From an uncultured Capnocytophaga sp. (GTDB taxonomy: Bacteria > Bacteroidota > Bacteroidia > Flavobacteriales > Flavobacteriaceae): 64,000 nt of DNA. Where the stretch lies: NCBI GenBank assembly GCA_963519425.1, contig CAUQNY010000002.1, positions 2,347 to 66,346 on the forward strand. The letters run 5' to 3'. This document shows positions 1 to 10,100 of this stretch, one piece after another; position 1 is the first letter of the stretch; each line of letters begins with the position of its first letter. The notes beneath the pieces were generated by a model. It was not told the DNA's origin, made no database searches, and worked only from the letters and a program-made list of their open reading frames with translations. The translations under genes and the position numbers were made by a program.

Positions 1-373
1 CGTTGGGGAGCTCTTTTACACTGAAAATCTTACTGCTGAAACCTTCTTTGCCACCGTGTAGCGAGTTTTCGCCGTTGTTTTTAAAGAGGTGGTAGGTGTT
101 GCCATCAATAGTGAAAGCAGCGTTGTGGATGCGTCCTGAAGTACGGCCAATGGTGGCACCGTTATAAGCTCCATTGCCGATGTAATCTTCTAAGTGTGCA
201 TAGCCTAAAACAACGTTTTTCAGTGTATTATGCTGGTCTTTTACAGCTATTTCGGTAATGGTACCGCCTAAGTTCAAAACAGACACGCGGAATTCGTTAG
301 CGTTCTGTAGGGTATATTGATAGACAGCCTGTCCGTTGAAATCTCCGAACAGGCTTTTGTTGATTTGAATCAT
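1..373 (-). CDS. galM: Aldose 1-epimerase (galactose mutarotase), 5' part; runs off the window
   Basis: Not in the ORF track. Manual translation from ATG 373: MIQINKSLFGDFNGQAVYQYTLQN...NVVLGY...YNGATIGRTSGRI...NNGENSLHGG. GR-x-x-x-RI and LHGG are GalM motifs. Lies directly downstream of galK. Confidence 0.9.
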   Translation of the reverse strand, partial: MIQINKSLFGDFNGQAVYQYTLQNANEFRVSVLNLGGTITEIAVKDQHNTLKNVVLGYAHLEDYIGNGAYNGATIGRTSGRIHNAAFTIDGNTYHLFKNNGENSLHGGKEGFSSKIFSVKELPN

Positions 374-385
374 ATAAGTTTAAAA

Positions 386-1543
386 TTATAGTTTTTTAGC
401 TCCGTCGCTTACAGAGGCAATGTAGAAGTCGGCAGCATAGCCTATTTTGTTTTTGTACGCTTCGCCTACATTTTTGATAAAGTCATCTACTTTGTCTTTC
501 TTTACGATGCTGACAGTGCATCCGCCAAAGCCAGCGCCTGTCATACGAGAACCTACTACGCCGGGTTGTTCCCAAGCTAAGGCTGCAAGGGTGTCAAGTT
601 CTACCCCTGTTACTTCGTAGTCGTCGCGCAAAGAAATGTGTGATTGGTTCATTAGTTTTCCGAATTCAGCCAAGTTGCCTGCAGAAAGTTCTTTTTGAGC
701 TTTGAGGGTACGTTGGTTTTCGTATACAGCGTGTTTAGCTCTTTTTTGACGAATAGGGCTCTTGATGAGGTCTTTGTTAGCTTCAAAATCTTCAATAGAG
801 AGTTCACCTAAGGCTTTGATAGGCAATTTGGTTTGCAATTCGGCTAAGGCTTCGTCGCATTCTGCACGGCGCTCGTTGTATTTAGAATCGGCAAGACCAC
901 GACGCTTGTTAGTATTAGCAATCACGATTACCTCGTCTTTCAGCACTACAGGCACATAGTCGTATTTGAGGGTGTTGCAATCTAATAGGATAGCGTGGTC
1001 TTTCTTGCCCATTGCTACTGCAAATTGGTCCATAATACCAGAGTTTACTCCAATAAATAGGTTTTCTGTCTTTTTGCCTAATTGCGCCATTTCTACTGGG
1101 TCGATAGTAAGCTGGAAGAGGTCTTTTAACACGATAGCGGTAAGCATCTCAATAGAAGCAGAAGAAGAGAGCCCTGCGCCGTTAGGGATATTCCCAGAGA
1201 AGAGAATGTCGAAGCCAGTGTCAATTTTTTGTCCTGCTTCAAGGAACATTTTAATCACGCCTTTAGGATAGTTAGCCCAATCGTGTTTTTTGTCGTTAGT
1301 AAGTTCCTCTAAGGTGAATTCCATTATGCCGAGAGAGGCAAAGTTTTCGGAATACATACGGAATTTGCGGTCAGCACGTTTGCTTACTAGTCCATAAGTA
1401 CCTTTGTCAATAGCGCAAGGGAATACGTTACCGCCGTTGTAGTCGGTATGTTCACCGATGAGGTTCACACGGCCAGGTGCGAAGAAAAGCTTTTCGGCAG
1501 GTGCGCCGAATACTTCTTGAAACTTTCGTTCTAAGTGTTTCAT
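386..1543 (-). CDS. galK: Galactokinase
   Basis: PGRVNLIGEHTDYNGG signature, GAGLSSSAS ATP loop, GIMDQF, RMTGAGFGG (GHMP kinase). Confidence 0.97.
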   Translation of the reverse strand: MKHLERKFQEVFGAPAEKLFFAPGRVNLIGEHTDYNGGNVFPCAIDKGTYGLVSKRADRKFRMYSENFASLGIMEFTLEELTNDKKHDWANYPKGVIKMFLEAGQKIDTGFDILFSGNIPNGAGLSSSASIEMLTAIVLKDLFQLTIDPVEMAQLGKKTENLFIGVNSGIMDQFAVAMGKKDHAILLDCNTLKYDYVPVVLKDEVIVIANTNKRRGLADSKYNERRAECDEALAELQTKLPIKALGELSIEDFEANKDLIKSPIRQKRAKHAVYENQRTLKAQKELSAGNLAEFGKLMNQSHISLRDDYEVTGVELDTLAALAWEQPGVVGSRMTGAGFGGCTVSIVKKDKVDDFIKNVGEAYKNKIGYAADFYIASVSDGAKKL

Positions 1544-1554
1544 ATTATTCTTTT

Positions 1555-1604
1555 TTAGTTGTTAGTTATTAGTCGTTAGTCGTTAGAAAGTGACTAATAA
1601 CTAA
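1555..1604. repeat. Heptamer tandem repeat (TTAGTYR)x4 with an inverted copy
   Basis: ttagttg ttagtta ttagtcg ttagtcg ttag, followed by tgactaataactaa (reverse complement of 1562-1575 with one mismatch). Confidence 0.75.
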
Positions 1605-1608
1605 AAGT

Positions 1609-2652
1609 TTATTTAAAATATTTTCTTGCAATAGCTCTCAATTCGCTCTCTTTGTCTTCTAAGCGTTCGAATAGCACAAATTGGTTACGAGCGCGTATGT
1701 AGTTTTCCTCTGGGTATGAGGTTTTAAAATAGATGTCGTTATTAAAATAGTCGGCAAGGAAACGAATGCCGATAATGAATATCATATACTTGGCTCCGTC
1801 TACGATGTGAGCTTTCTCTGAAGCTGTCATCACAGGGTTCATCACTGAGAAACCTTTGCAGAGCGCTTCGAAGAAGTGAGTGTTGAAAACAATCTTGGTG
1901 TCATCGGCTTCGTTTTCTTCGGTAGGGCTCACTGAAGAGCGCACCATATCGCCAAAGTCGTAGAGGAGTATGCCTTGCATTACGGTGTCGAGGTCTATTA
2001 CTCTGAAATCATCGGGGGCTTCTTTGTTGATGAGTACGTTGTTAATTTTAGTGTCGTTGTGGGTAACGCGTATGGGGATTCGCTGTTCGTCTACTTCTTT
2101 TTGGATAAGGTCAAAGATTACCTTGTGTTTTTTGGCAAAGTCGTAAAGCTTTTGGGCTTTGTTTTTGCGAGCCTCGGTGGCTTGTGCATAGGCATCTTCG
2201 AGCTGTTGGAAGCGCAAGTGCCCGTTGTGGAAGTTGGGAATGGTAGGTTGTAGTTTGTCTGTGTTGATATCGGCAAAGGTTTTCATAAAAGTAGCATAGG
2301 CGGTAGCTGCTTTTTCAGCTTGCCAAGGTTCTTCGATGAACTCGTAGGAGGTGTAGCCTTCAGCAAAAGGGAATACGCGCCACACAATGTTCTCGGCAGT
2401 TACAGAGTGTCCCCCTTGTAGGGCTGGCATCATTGGCAGAATGACTTGGTTGTCGGGTTCGGTTTCCCAAAGGAGTTCGATGTTTTGGATGATACAGTCG
2501 GGGGTTTTGAACACATTGCTGTTGATGCCTTGTAGGATATAGTGGGTGTCGGTAGTTTTTACTAAATAAGTACGGTTAATGTGGCCGTTTCCGTATGGTT
2601 CGATAGAAAGGATATTTCCTTTCAGTTCAAATTGTTGGGCTATTTCTTTCAT
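1609..2652 (-). CDS. APH-fold sugar 1-kinase, N-acetylhexosamine 1-kinase (NahK/LnpB)-like
   Basis: YGNGHINRTY, RVTHNDTKINNVL, VIDLDTVM, DFGDMVRS and RFLADYFNNDIYFK motifs. Confidence 0.8.
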   Translation of the reverse strand: MKEIAQQFELKGNILSIEPYGNGHINRTYLVKTTDTHYILQGINSNVFKTPDCIIQNIELLWETEPDNQVILPMMPALQGGHSVTAENIVWRVFPFAEGYTSYEFIEEPWQAEKAATAYATFMKTFADINTDKLQPTIPNFHNGHLRFQQLEDAYAQATEARKNKAQKLYDFAKKHKVIFDLIQKEVDEQRIPIRVTHNDTKINNVLINKEAPDDFRVIDLDTVMQGILLYDFGDMVRSSVSPTEENEADDTKIVFNTHFFEALCKGFSVMNPVMTASEKAHIVDGAKYMIFIIGIRFLADYFNNDIYFKTSYPEENYIRARNQFVLFERLEDKESELRAIARKYFK

Positions 2653-2658
2653 CTTTGT

Positions 2659-3522
2659 TTAAAACTTTTCGGGGTAAGCACCTTGTGCTACGAGTTTCTC
2701 TATTTCGTTTTTAACCATTGCCAAATCTTCGTGGTAAGTCATTCCGAACCAGTTGTCGTGGTTGGGGAGCACTTCCAAACGGTATCCGTAATCCTTGATA
2801 GCATGTTGCACGACCATAGGGATGTAGAACTCAGCTTTTGGGTCGTGGCGATGTTCGGCTACGAAAGCTTGGAAAAAGTGTTCGGCAAGGTCTAATACTT
2901 CGTGGGTGAACCCCCAGAAGTTCATAGAAACGTAGGTGCTTAGAGGATATTCGGTTTGGGTAGCTTCGTCAATAGCGGTAGTGTCGTTTATTTTGCGCAA
3001 CTTGGTTGCTTCATTGATAGAGAGCAGGTGATGGTTTTCGTCTACTTCGCAGATGCCTCTCGATACAGTGCCGTTCTCGCTGAGGGTGTTTTTGAGCAGA
3101 TAGCCACCTGAGAAGAATGTCTTTTCTTTTTCGTTATTTAGGGCTTCGTACATTAGGCGGAAGCCTTCTTTGCCGTAATAATCATCGGCATTTATGATTA
3201 GGAAAGGGTTTTTTACAATGTCTTTCACACAGAGCATTGCGTGGCCTGTTCCCCAAGGTTTTTTGCGCTCTATGCCTTCAGGGTTGAAATCATCTTGGTA
3301 TACATAAGTAATTGGGACGTTGTTAAAACGACTTTCTAAGTGTTGGCGTGTCAGTTCATCTATTTCGTGGCGAATGATGAGTACGATATTATCAAAACCT
3401 GCTTGTAGAGCGTCGTAAATGCTGTAATCAAAAAGGGCATTGCCGTTGTGAATGTTTTCTAATTGTTTGTCTGAGCCAAAGCGGCTTCCTAAACCAGCTG
3501 CCAGAATTACTAATGTAGTCAT
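2659..3522 (-). CDS. Sugar-1-phosphate nucleotidyltransferase family protein
   Basis: LVILAAGLGSRFG-x-x-K nucleotidyltransferase motif, KPWGTGHA, INADDYYG. Confidence 0.85.
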   Translation of the reverse strand: MTTLVILAAGLGSRFGSDKQLENIHNGNALFDYSIYDALQAGFDNIVLIIRHEIDELTRQHLESRFNNVPITYVYQDDFNPEGIERKKPWGTGHAMLCVKDIVKNPFLIINADDYYGKEGFRLMYEALNNEKEKTFFSGGYLLKNTLSENGTVSRGICEVDENHHLLSINEATKLRKINDTTAIDEATQTEYPLSTYVSMNFWGFTHEVLDLAEHFFQAFVAEHRHDPKAEFYIPMVVQHAIKDYGYRLEVLPNHDNWFGMTYHEDLAMVKNEIEKLVAQGAYPEKF

Positions 3523-3570
3523 ATAACCTTTTTTTCTTAAAATATAAATTTGGGTGCTTTATTGCAACGG

Positions 3571-3578
3571 CAAAGATA
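3571..3578 (-). promoter_or_regulatory. Bacteroidota -7 promoter element (TATCTTTG) for the sugar-salvage operon
   Basis: TAnnTTTG on the minus strand about 50 bp before ATG 3522; TTTG/TTG lies about 20 bp further upstream. Confidence 0.7.
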
Positions 3579-3717
3579 GTGATATTTTTGGAAATGGCAA
3601 AAAAAACAATGAAATTTGGAATGAAAAAAGCTAAGAATCGAAAGATGAACGCATAATGCACTCTCAGCGAAACGATTTTCTCAGCTTGCAATTAGGGAGC
3701 GAAGTGATGCGTTGTGC

Positions 3718-3915
3718 TGCGAACCGTACGGGAGATAGTGATAGCCTAAGTTGCACGGCTAGGTAATGGGAGGAGAGGAGATTGTTTTTCTGTTTTTGGG
3801 ACGTTTTATAGAAATTGGGGAATGGCTGGGGGTGAGCTTCGTCTTCACTTTGTCTTCACTTTGTCTTCGGTGTAGCTTCGAGATGGTTCTTGTAGAAAAA
3901 AATTCTTTTTCAGTT
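3718..3915 (+). repeat. Dispersed intergenic element, copy A (16-bp head plus 11-bp-period array)
   Basis: Head TGCGAACCGTACGGGA at 3718-3733. Units CTTCACTTTGT, CTTCACTTTGT, CTTCGGTGTAG, CTTCGAGATGG at 3843-3886. Tail ctt..agaaaa...ttcttttt. Homologous to 63620-63790 on the minus strand. Confidence 0.75.
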
Positions 3916-4076
3916 TTTAACTGCGCAGGGTTGGTTTAGCTTATAACTTTTCTTCTTGCTTCTTAGAGCGATAGTAGTTTGAAACTTTAACAATAATTTA
4001 ACGTTCTGTAACTATTTGAAAATAATTAACTTATAATGGTTAGGTACTTTGAGGAAACAAAAACGGGGGAGGGGCT

Positions 4077-4107
4077 TTTGTTAGCTGAGAAAAATGAACT
4101 ACCTTTG
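4077..4107 (+). promoter_or_regulatory. Bacteroidota sigma-A promoter of the adhesin (TTTG-N19-TACCTTTG)
   Basis: TTTG 4077-4080 and TACCTTTG 4100-4107; ATG at 4132. Confidence 0.8.
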
Positions 4108-4131
4108 TGGCATTAACACTATTTGAACGTG

Positions 4132-7100
4132 ATGAAAAAGTTTCTAACAGCAATTTTAGTTTTAATTTTTGCCGCAACGGGTTATGCCCAATGTATTCAG
4201 GTGGAAATTACTCCTATTAAGGGGCAGTGTATTAATGACAACCACCTAAAAGTGGTTGCCAGAGAAATGCCTAATTATCCTGAGGCAATTTGTGGTAAAA
4301 CAAAACATAGGTACCTTATTGAGATACAAGGTCCCGGCAAAGGGGGTGATATCTACCCGATGGTAGGGTATCCTGCCGAGTATACTTTCTATAACTTGGA
4401 AGCAGCGCAAAATGGCGAAAAAGTAAAGTACAAAATTATTGTGCGCGACCAAGATACGGGGGCTTATACCGAAGAGGAAGCTACGGTAGAATCTAACTAT
4501 GTGCCAATGAAAATACAAAACTTACAGGCTATACAGCCGGTGAGTCTTTGTGGTGGTGGTGTACGAGATGGAGGCGTTCGGTTCCAGCTGATAGGTGGCG
4601 GGGTAGGACCTTTTGAAGTAACCTTGTACAAAATGGATGGTACACTATTGGCTGCTACCCAAACTTTTGCACGTCCTACGAATCCTTATTCTGATTACAT
4701 AGAATTTAGAGATAATGCAGTGCAACCTAATAGCCAAATTATTGTACAGATAAAGGACAAAACCAATATAGGCGACCAGTGCGGTGAAACGCGCCGTTGG
4801 CCAAGTTTTCAGATACCAGCGGCTCGCTACCGCTATACGGTGGACTGTATAAACATAAAGATGTACAAGCGAGAAATGTATAAAAGTGCTAATAATTGTA
4901 GTAACTACAATATGAGCTTTTATCTCGTGAGAAATGACAGTAATTATTTGTATTCGGGGTTGGACAACTATTGCACAGAGCTGAATGACTGGTTTAAACA
5001 ACCGGGCACTGCGATGGTATACTTTAAAAACTCATCTAAGGCTCCTATTGATATTTCTTCTACATTTAATTGTAGTGCTTCATATTACAGTGCGGCTTAT
5101 GTAGTACCTAATTATCCTTTTGCCAAAGGAGATGAGATAGAATTGGTGATCAAAGGGCCTAAGAATACGATTCGCGAACGCTATAGGTTTGACCAACAGT
5201 TGGATATGCCAACGGGGGGATGTAATACTTATATACGAGGCTATAATAATTCTTGGGGAGGTAGAACTTATTGGAGAGAACTGACTTGTGGCACTCAAAC
5301 GCAAGTGGTGGAACCAGGGTATTTATCGGCTTATTATAGTAATTACAACACAGATAGAACTGCTAATTTTCCTGATGTGAACACAGGAGAAGCTAGATAT
5401 GTGTCGGTTTATGGTTTCCTCAATGGATATACAAATTTGACATTGCAGCGCAAAGTAGGGAGTTCTTGGGTAGATGAGGTAGGAAATAATCCTACAGTAG
5501 ATGGAGCTACCTATCGTTATGTTTATAAAAACAAGCCATCTGTAGGTTGTCAAGATATATATTCTTGTGATTTTATAGTATCTAAACCTCCTCATACTAC
5601 TACTGGGCCTTTAACTATACAGAATAGACCTATCAATAAAATATGGGATGATGTGCGCATAGGTTATGGGGCTTATGCGGGTACAGGGGCTTTCTATATA
5701 AGTTATTCAAGTTCTAACTTTTTTACTCCTTTGAAGTTTAAGGTGGAACCTGCCGATGGTACGAAGACGGTTACCTATCAAGGCTTTATAGGGATAGGTA
5801 AAACCGTAACCCGCACTATTACTTTTCCTCTTGAAAGCACTAGCAGTGGGTATACAAACTTGCCTACAGGTAATTATCTCATCACTGTAACAGACGCTTG
5901 TGGCAATACAACTACTAAACAATATTTCTTGCCAGGGACTACTTATAATCCTTCGCTTTCTTTTACACGTGATTGCGAGATTGCTAAGATTAGCTACAAT
6001 ATAGGTAGAAATGTGTTTAATAAACCTTCTAATCAGTTAGAATATGTTTATTTGCAGAAGGAGGTAGAAGACCAGTATGGCCGTAAAACTTGGCAAGAAG
6101 TAAAGATGGCCAATGGGTATAATTATATAAGAGCGCACTCTGGTGAGTTTCCGAACTTATTGCCTGGAAAATACCGCATATTCACTGATTTGATTACTTC
6201 TTACAGAGGGTATGCTTATATTAAATATAATGCTACTGATTATACTTATTACAGTTTAACAGACCCTACAACGCCTTATTTATATTACGACTATGATAAT
6301 TACGCCAAGGAAATTACGATACCAGATTTAAAGTTGATTAATCCTACGGTCAATCCTGTGATTTGCGACAGAGGAAGCAATACAGGGGTAATAGCTGTAG
6401 ACGTAACAGGTGAAGAGGTATTCTTTCCTCTTACCTTTAAACTTTACAAGAAGGCTACCGCTACAGCAACTACTTCTACGAAAATAGATGAGGTAACCTA
6501 TGCGGGTACGACTCCTGCTAATACGAAATATTTCCACTTGTTTAGAGGTCTGACAACTGGCTATTACGAAATTGAGACTATTCACCGCTGTAGGAATGTT
6601 ACCAAAGGAGTAGACATCAACGTAGAAAAAGCTTTTGAACCTTATTTGGTGATTGACCGTCCTATTCCTTTCTGCCGAGGAGATCAAGCTCGGGTGAAAT
6701 TAGGACTATCAGAGCATATTTTTGATGTTTCTTGGTTTAAGTTAGATGACAATGGACAGCCTACTACTACAGCACCTATTAAAACAGGTTCAAGTTTCTG
6801 GGAAGCTATCCATACTACCACTACTTATTTGGCGAAATACACTATAAAACCAGGGATAGGCTGTAATAATACTACGGTGTACTCTCAGACAGCTACTGTA
6901 GTGATGCCTCCTGCCGATGAGCCTCCTTTTATAAAGACACCTTGTCCGAATGATATTACTGTAGTAGTGGATGTGGGACAATGTAGTAAGATGGTGCGTT
7001 GGCGTGAACCAGAAGCATTTCCTTCTTGTAAAGGGGCTGTTACTGTTACCAAAACACATAACCCTGGGGATATGTTCCCTATTGGTATTCATCAAGTGGT

Positions 7101-10100
7101 GTACAATTTCTCTGACCCTAATGGCAATACTCGTTCTTGTTCCTTTACGGTAACAGTGAAGTCTAATGCTATTAAGCTAAATATGTCGCACCGGTACACT
7201 GACCACTTGGGCAATACTATTACCCAAGCAGGGGTGAATGAGCAGTTCTATTACGAACTTTCTTACGAGAATGTAGGTTCTGAAAATATTAGTTCAGCAA
7301 CTATTACGCTTGATTTGCCTAAAAACAGTGTTTTAAAGATAAACACTTCTAATACTGATTTAACCCAGACGGGCGACGGTTCTTGGCAAAATCCTTATCC
7401 GATAGCCAATTACAATTCGACAACTAAGCAATATCAGTTCCTTATAGGAGCTATGAACTATGGGAAGCCTTACAACTCGACACTTAAATTAGGAGACCCT
7501 AAGCGTGTGATTAGGATTCCAATGATTATAGAAGGGAACTGTACAGATATACTACAATCTTGTGCGAACTTCCTCAAGACAGATGTCTCTATTGCTTTTG
7601 CAGGAGGTCCCTCTTCTTGTCCGCTATCGCTACAAGTGGTTACAGGCACTACTTCTATGACGGTAGATACTACCCACTGCAACCGCGAAGAGATTTTCTG
7701 CGGTACTGATGCGGTTACTTTTGAGGCTATTGGTTCGTTCAATACCTACCAATGGTTTAAAGATGGAGTGCTTTTGCCAGGTGAGACTAATCGCACCTAT
7801 ACGGCGCTGGCTGCTGGGGTTTACAAAGTAGAGAAAACTACTCTTTGCCAAGGTTCTACTGTTAAGACGGTAGAGACTATCAACTATCAGCCAATGGCAC
7901 CTACCGCTGACCCTATTCGCGCTCAAGCTCAGAACGTAGGGGTTACTTGTCCTGACAATAATACTTGGACGAGTCATTTCTACCTCTGTGGAGAAAATGA
8001 GAAGACCATTGCAGTAGATTTCCGCAATACTCCTTTTGAGTGGCAAATGTGGAATGGAGGTTGTACCGATAGCAATGAATGTAGAAATACGGGTGATAAT
8101 TGCTGGAGTACTTTGCATTCTAATCATAACCTTTTGGTGTCTAACCCCGGTAAATATCGCTTAAAACTGACTAGTACCGGCTGTAACCAAAGTTTCTATT
8201 TTGAGGTTTTCAAAGGGTCGCTTAGCGGTACCCTTACCGATATACAACCGGAATCAAACTTCCAACGCGGTAGCGTTCGTTTGCGCCTTAGTGCTAATGG
8301 GGTAAGCTACAATCTAAAGATTTACAAAGATGGGAATTTGCTCCGCACTGAAATCATCAACACTAACAATTATGTGGTTGATAACTTAGACGCTGGAGAT
8401 TACCGCATTGAAGCATTCTCTCCTCAAATTAACGGTTGTACTTTTGAAGGGGAAGTTACTATTACTAAAGTGGTGGATATGACTGCTACAGCAGTTTTCC
8501 AAGGCTTTAAAGATTGCAACACAGCGAAGTTGCACCTTCGCGCCCAAGGTGGTAGTCCTACTTATCGTTACTACATCTGGACTATAGATGGTGAAAAACA
8601 ATACACCGATGAGCAAACTGCTTTGGCTGCTACTAACTATAAGGCGATACAGCTCAGCTCTCAGCCTACTGGTGTAGCCGTAGAGATTCCAAACATCACC
8701 CGTATTGGTGAATATGTGTTCTTAGTAGGGGATAGCCGTACAGGAGCTTTTGCTTTGACCAATAAGATTACTATTGCACCTCCTTCACCACATAACTTTA
8801 CTGTTTCGGCTACTCAAGAAATTCAGTGCGAAGGCAATCCTAATACAGGGCACATCAATATGATATTTGCGCCAGGTAGCCAGAACCAAAACCGCACTAT
8901 TAAGTTGTACACCTTGGATGAAAATGGTGCGCGTCTCGCTTCACCACGCAGTAGTGCAGGAGGACTGTTTACGAACTTGCCAGCGGGTACCTATGAGATT
9001 GAAATGCAATCGAACATAGCAGGAAATGTTTGTACTTTCACTAAGAAACCTATCGTTATTCTTCCTACCCAAGCACCGCTACGCGCCTATGCAGGGGTAG
9101 TAGCTGACCGCTCTTGCGATACAGCTCGTAACCAATACAAGGTATCGGTGAACAATGTTTCAGGAGGCAACCCTCCTTACCGCTACAGTTTTGATGGGGA
9201 GGCTACTTATGTAGCTACCAATATAGGTTTTGTGGCAGGGAATACTGTTGTATATGTGAAAGATAGTAAGGATTGCCGCGTGTCTATTCCTATAGAGACA
9301 GAAGCAACGCCTATTCCTAATATAACTCTTAGCCCTGTGAACTACCGCTGCGACAATGGCTATGGTTTGGTAACTATTACCGTATCGGCTACTGCTTCGC
9401 AAACTTATGAGTACACTATAGACGACAGCAACAAGCAGCCGCTAACAGGAGGTGCTATCCAACGTCTATTGTCGCCAGGGGTACATACCCTTACAGTGTA
9501 CTACCGTCCTGCAAATGCGGCAACTACTCCGAATGTACTCTTCACTGAGGACTTTGGAACTGCTACGGCTACTGAATGTTTGCCAAGTGCCAACAGCGGT
9601 GATATGTTCTGCTCGCCCAACAATAGTGTAGGCGATGGCCAACATATTCTCACCAAGCAAGCTGCTACTAAAACAGGATGGCAACCTACAATGCCTACCG
9701 ATGCTACTGGTGGACGCTATATGGCCGTAGCTGGTAACGGAGGAAACGAGGTAATCTATAAGAAACTCCTCACAGGAGTACTTTCTAAAACAGCTATGGA
9801 AGTGAGCTTTGATGCAGCGAGCTTCTTCCCAGCGGGTTCTACTGCTGTGCCAGCACGCCTGAGAGTAGACCTCTGCAAGGAAGATGGAACAGTGCTTAAT
9901 AGCAGTGTGGTAGGGGCTGTTGCCAACGGTGCTACGTGGGCGAACTTCAAAGCTTCGTTTGCCGAAAACCAAGTAACAGGGTTCACCGATGATAAACTTT
10001 TGGTGCGCATCGTAAATATTGCCGCTACTACCTACAATAATATGGGTAATGATTTTGGGTTGGACAACTTGCGCATACAGCAGGCTACCCAATATTGCGA

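Noticed and set aside
3843..3886. 11-bp repeats as a CRISPR array
   Set aside because: The units are contiguous with no spacers, too short, and there are no cas genes in the window
4065..4074. GGGGGAGGGG next to the adhesin -33 as a phase-variable tract
   Set aside because: Interrupted and only 4-5 G long, and it lies outside the -33/-7 spacer
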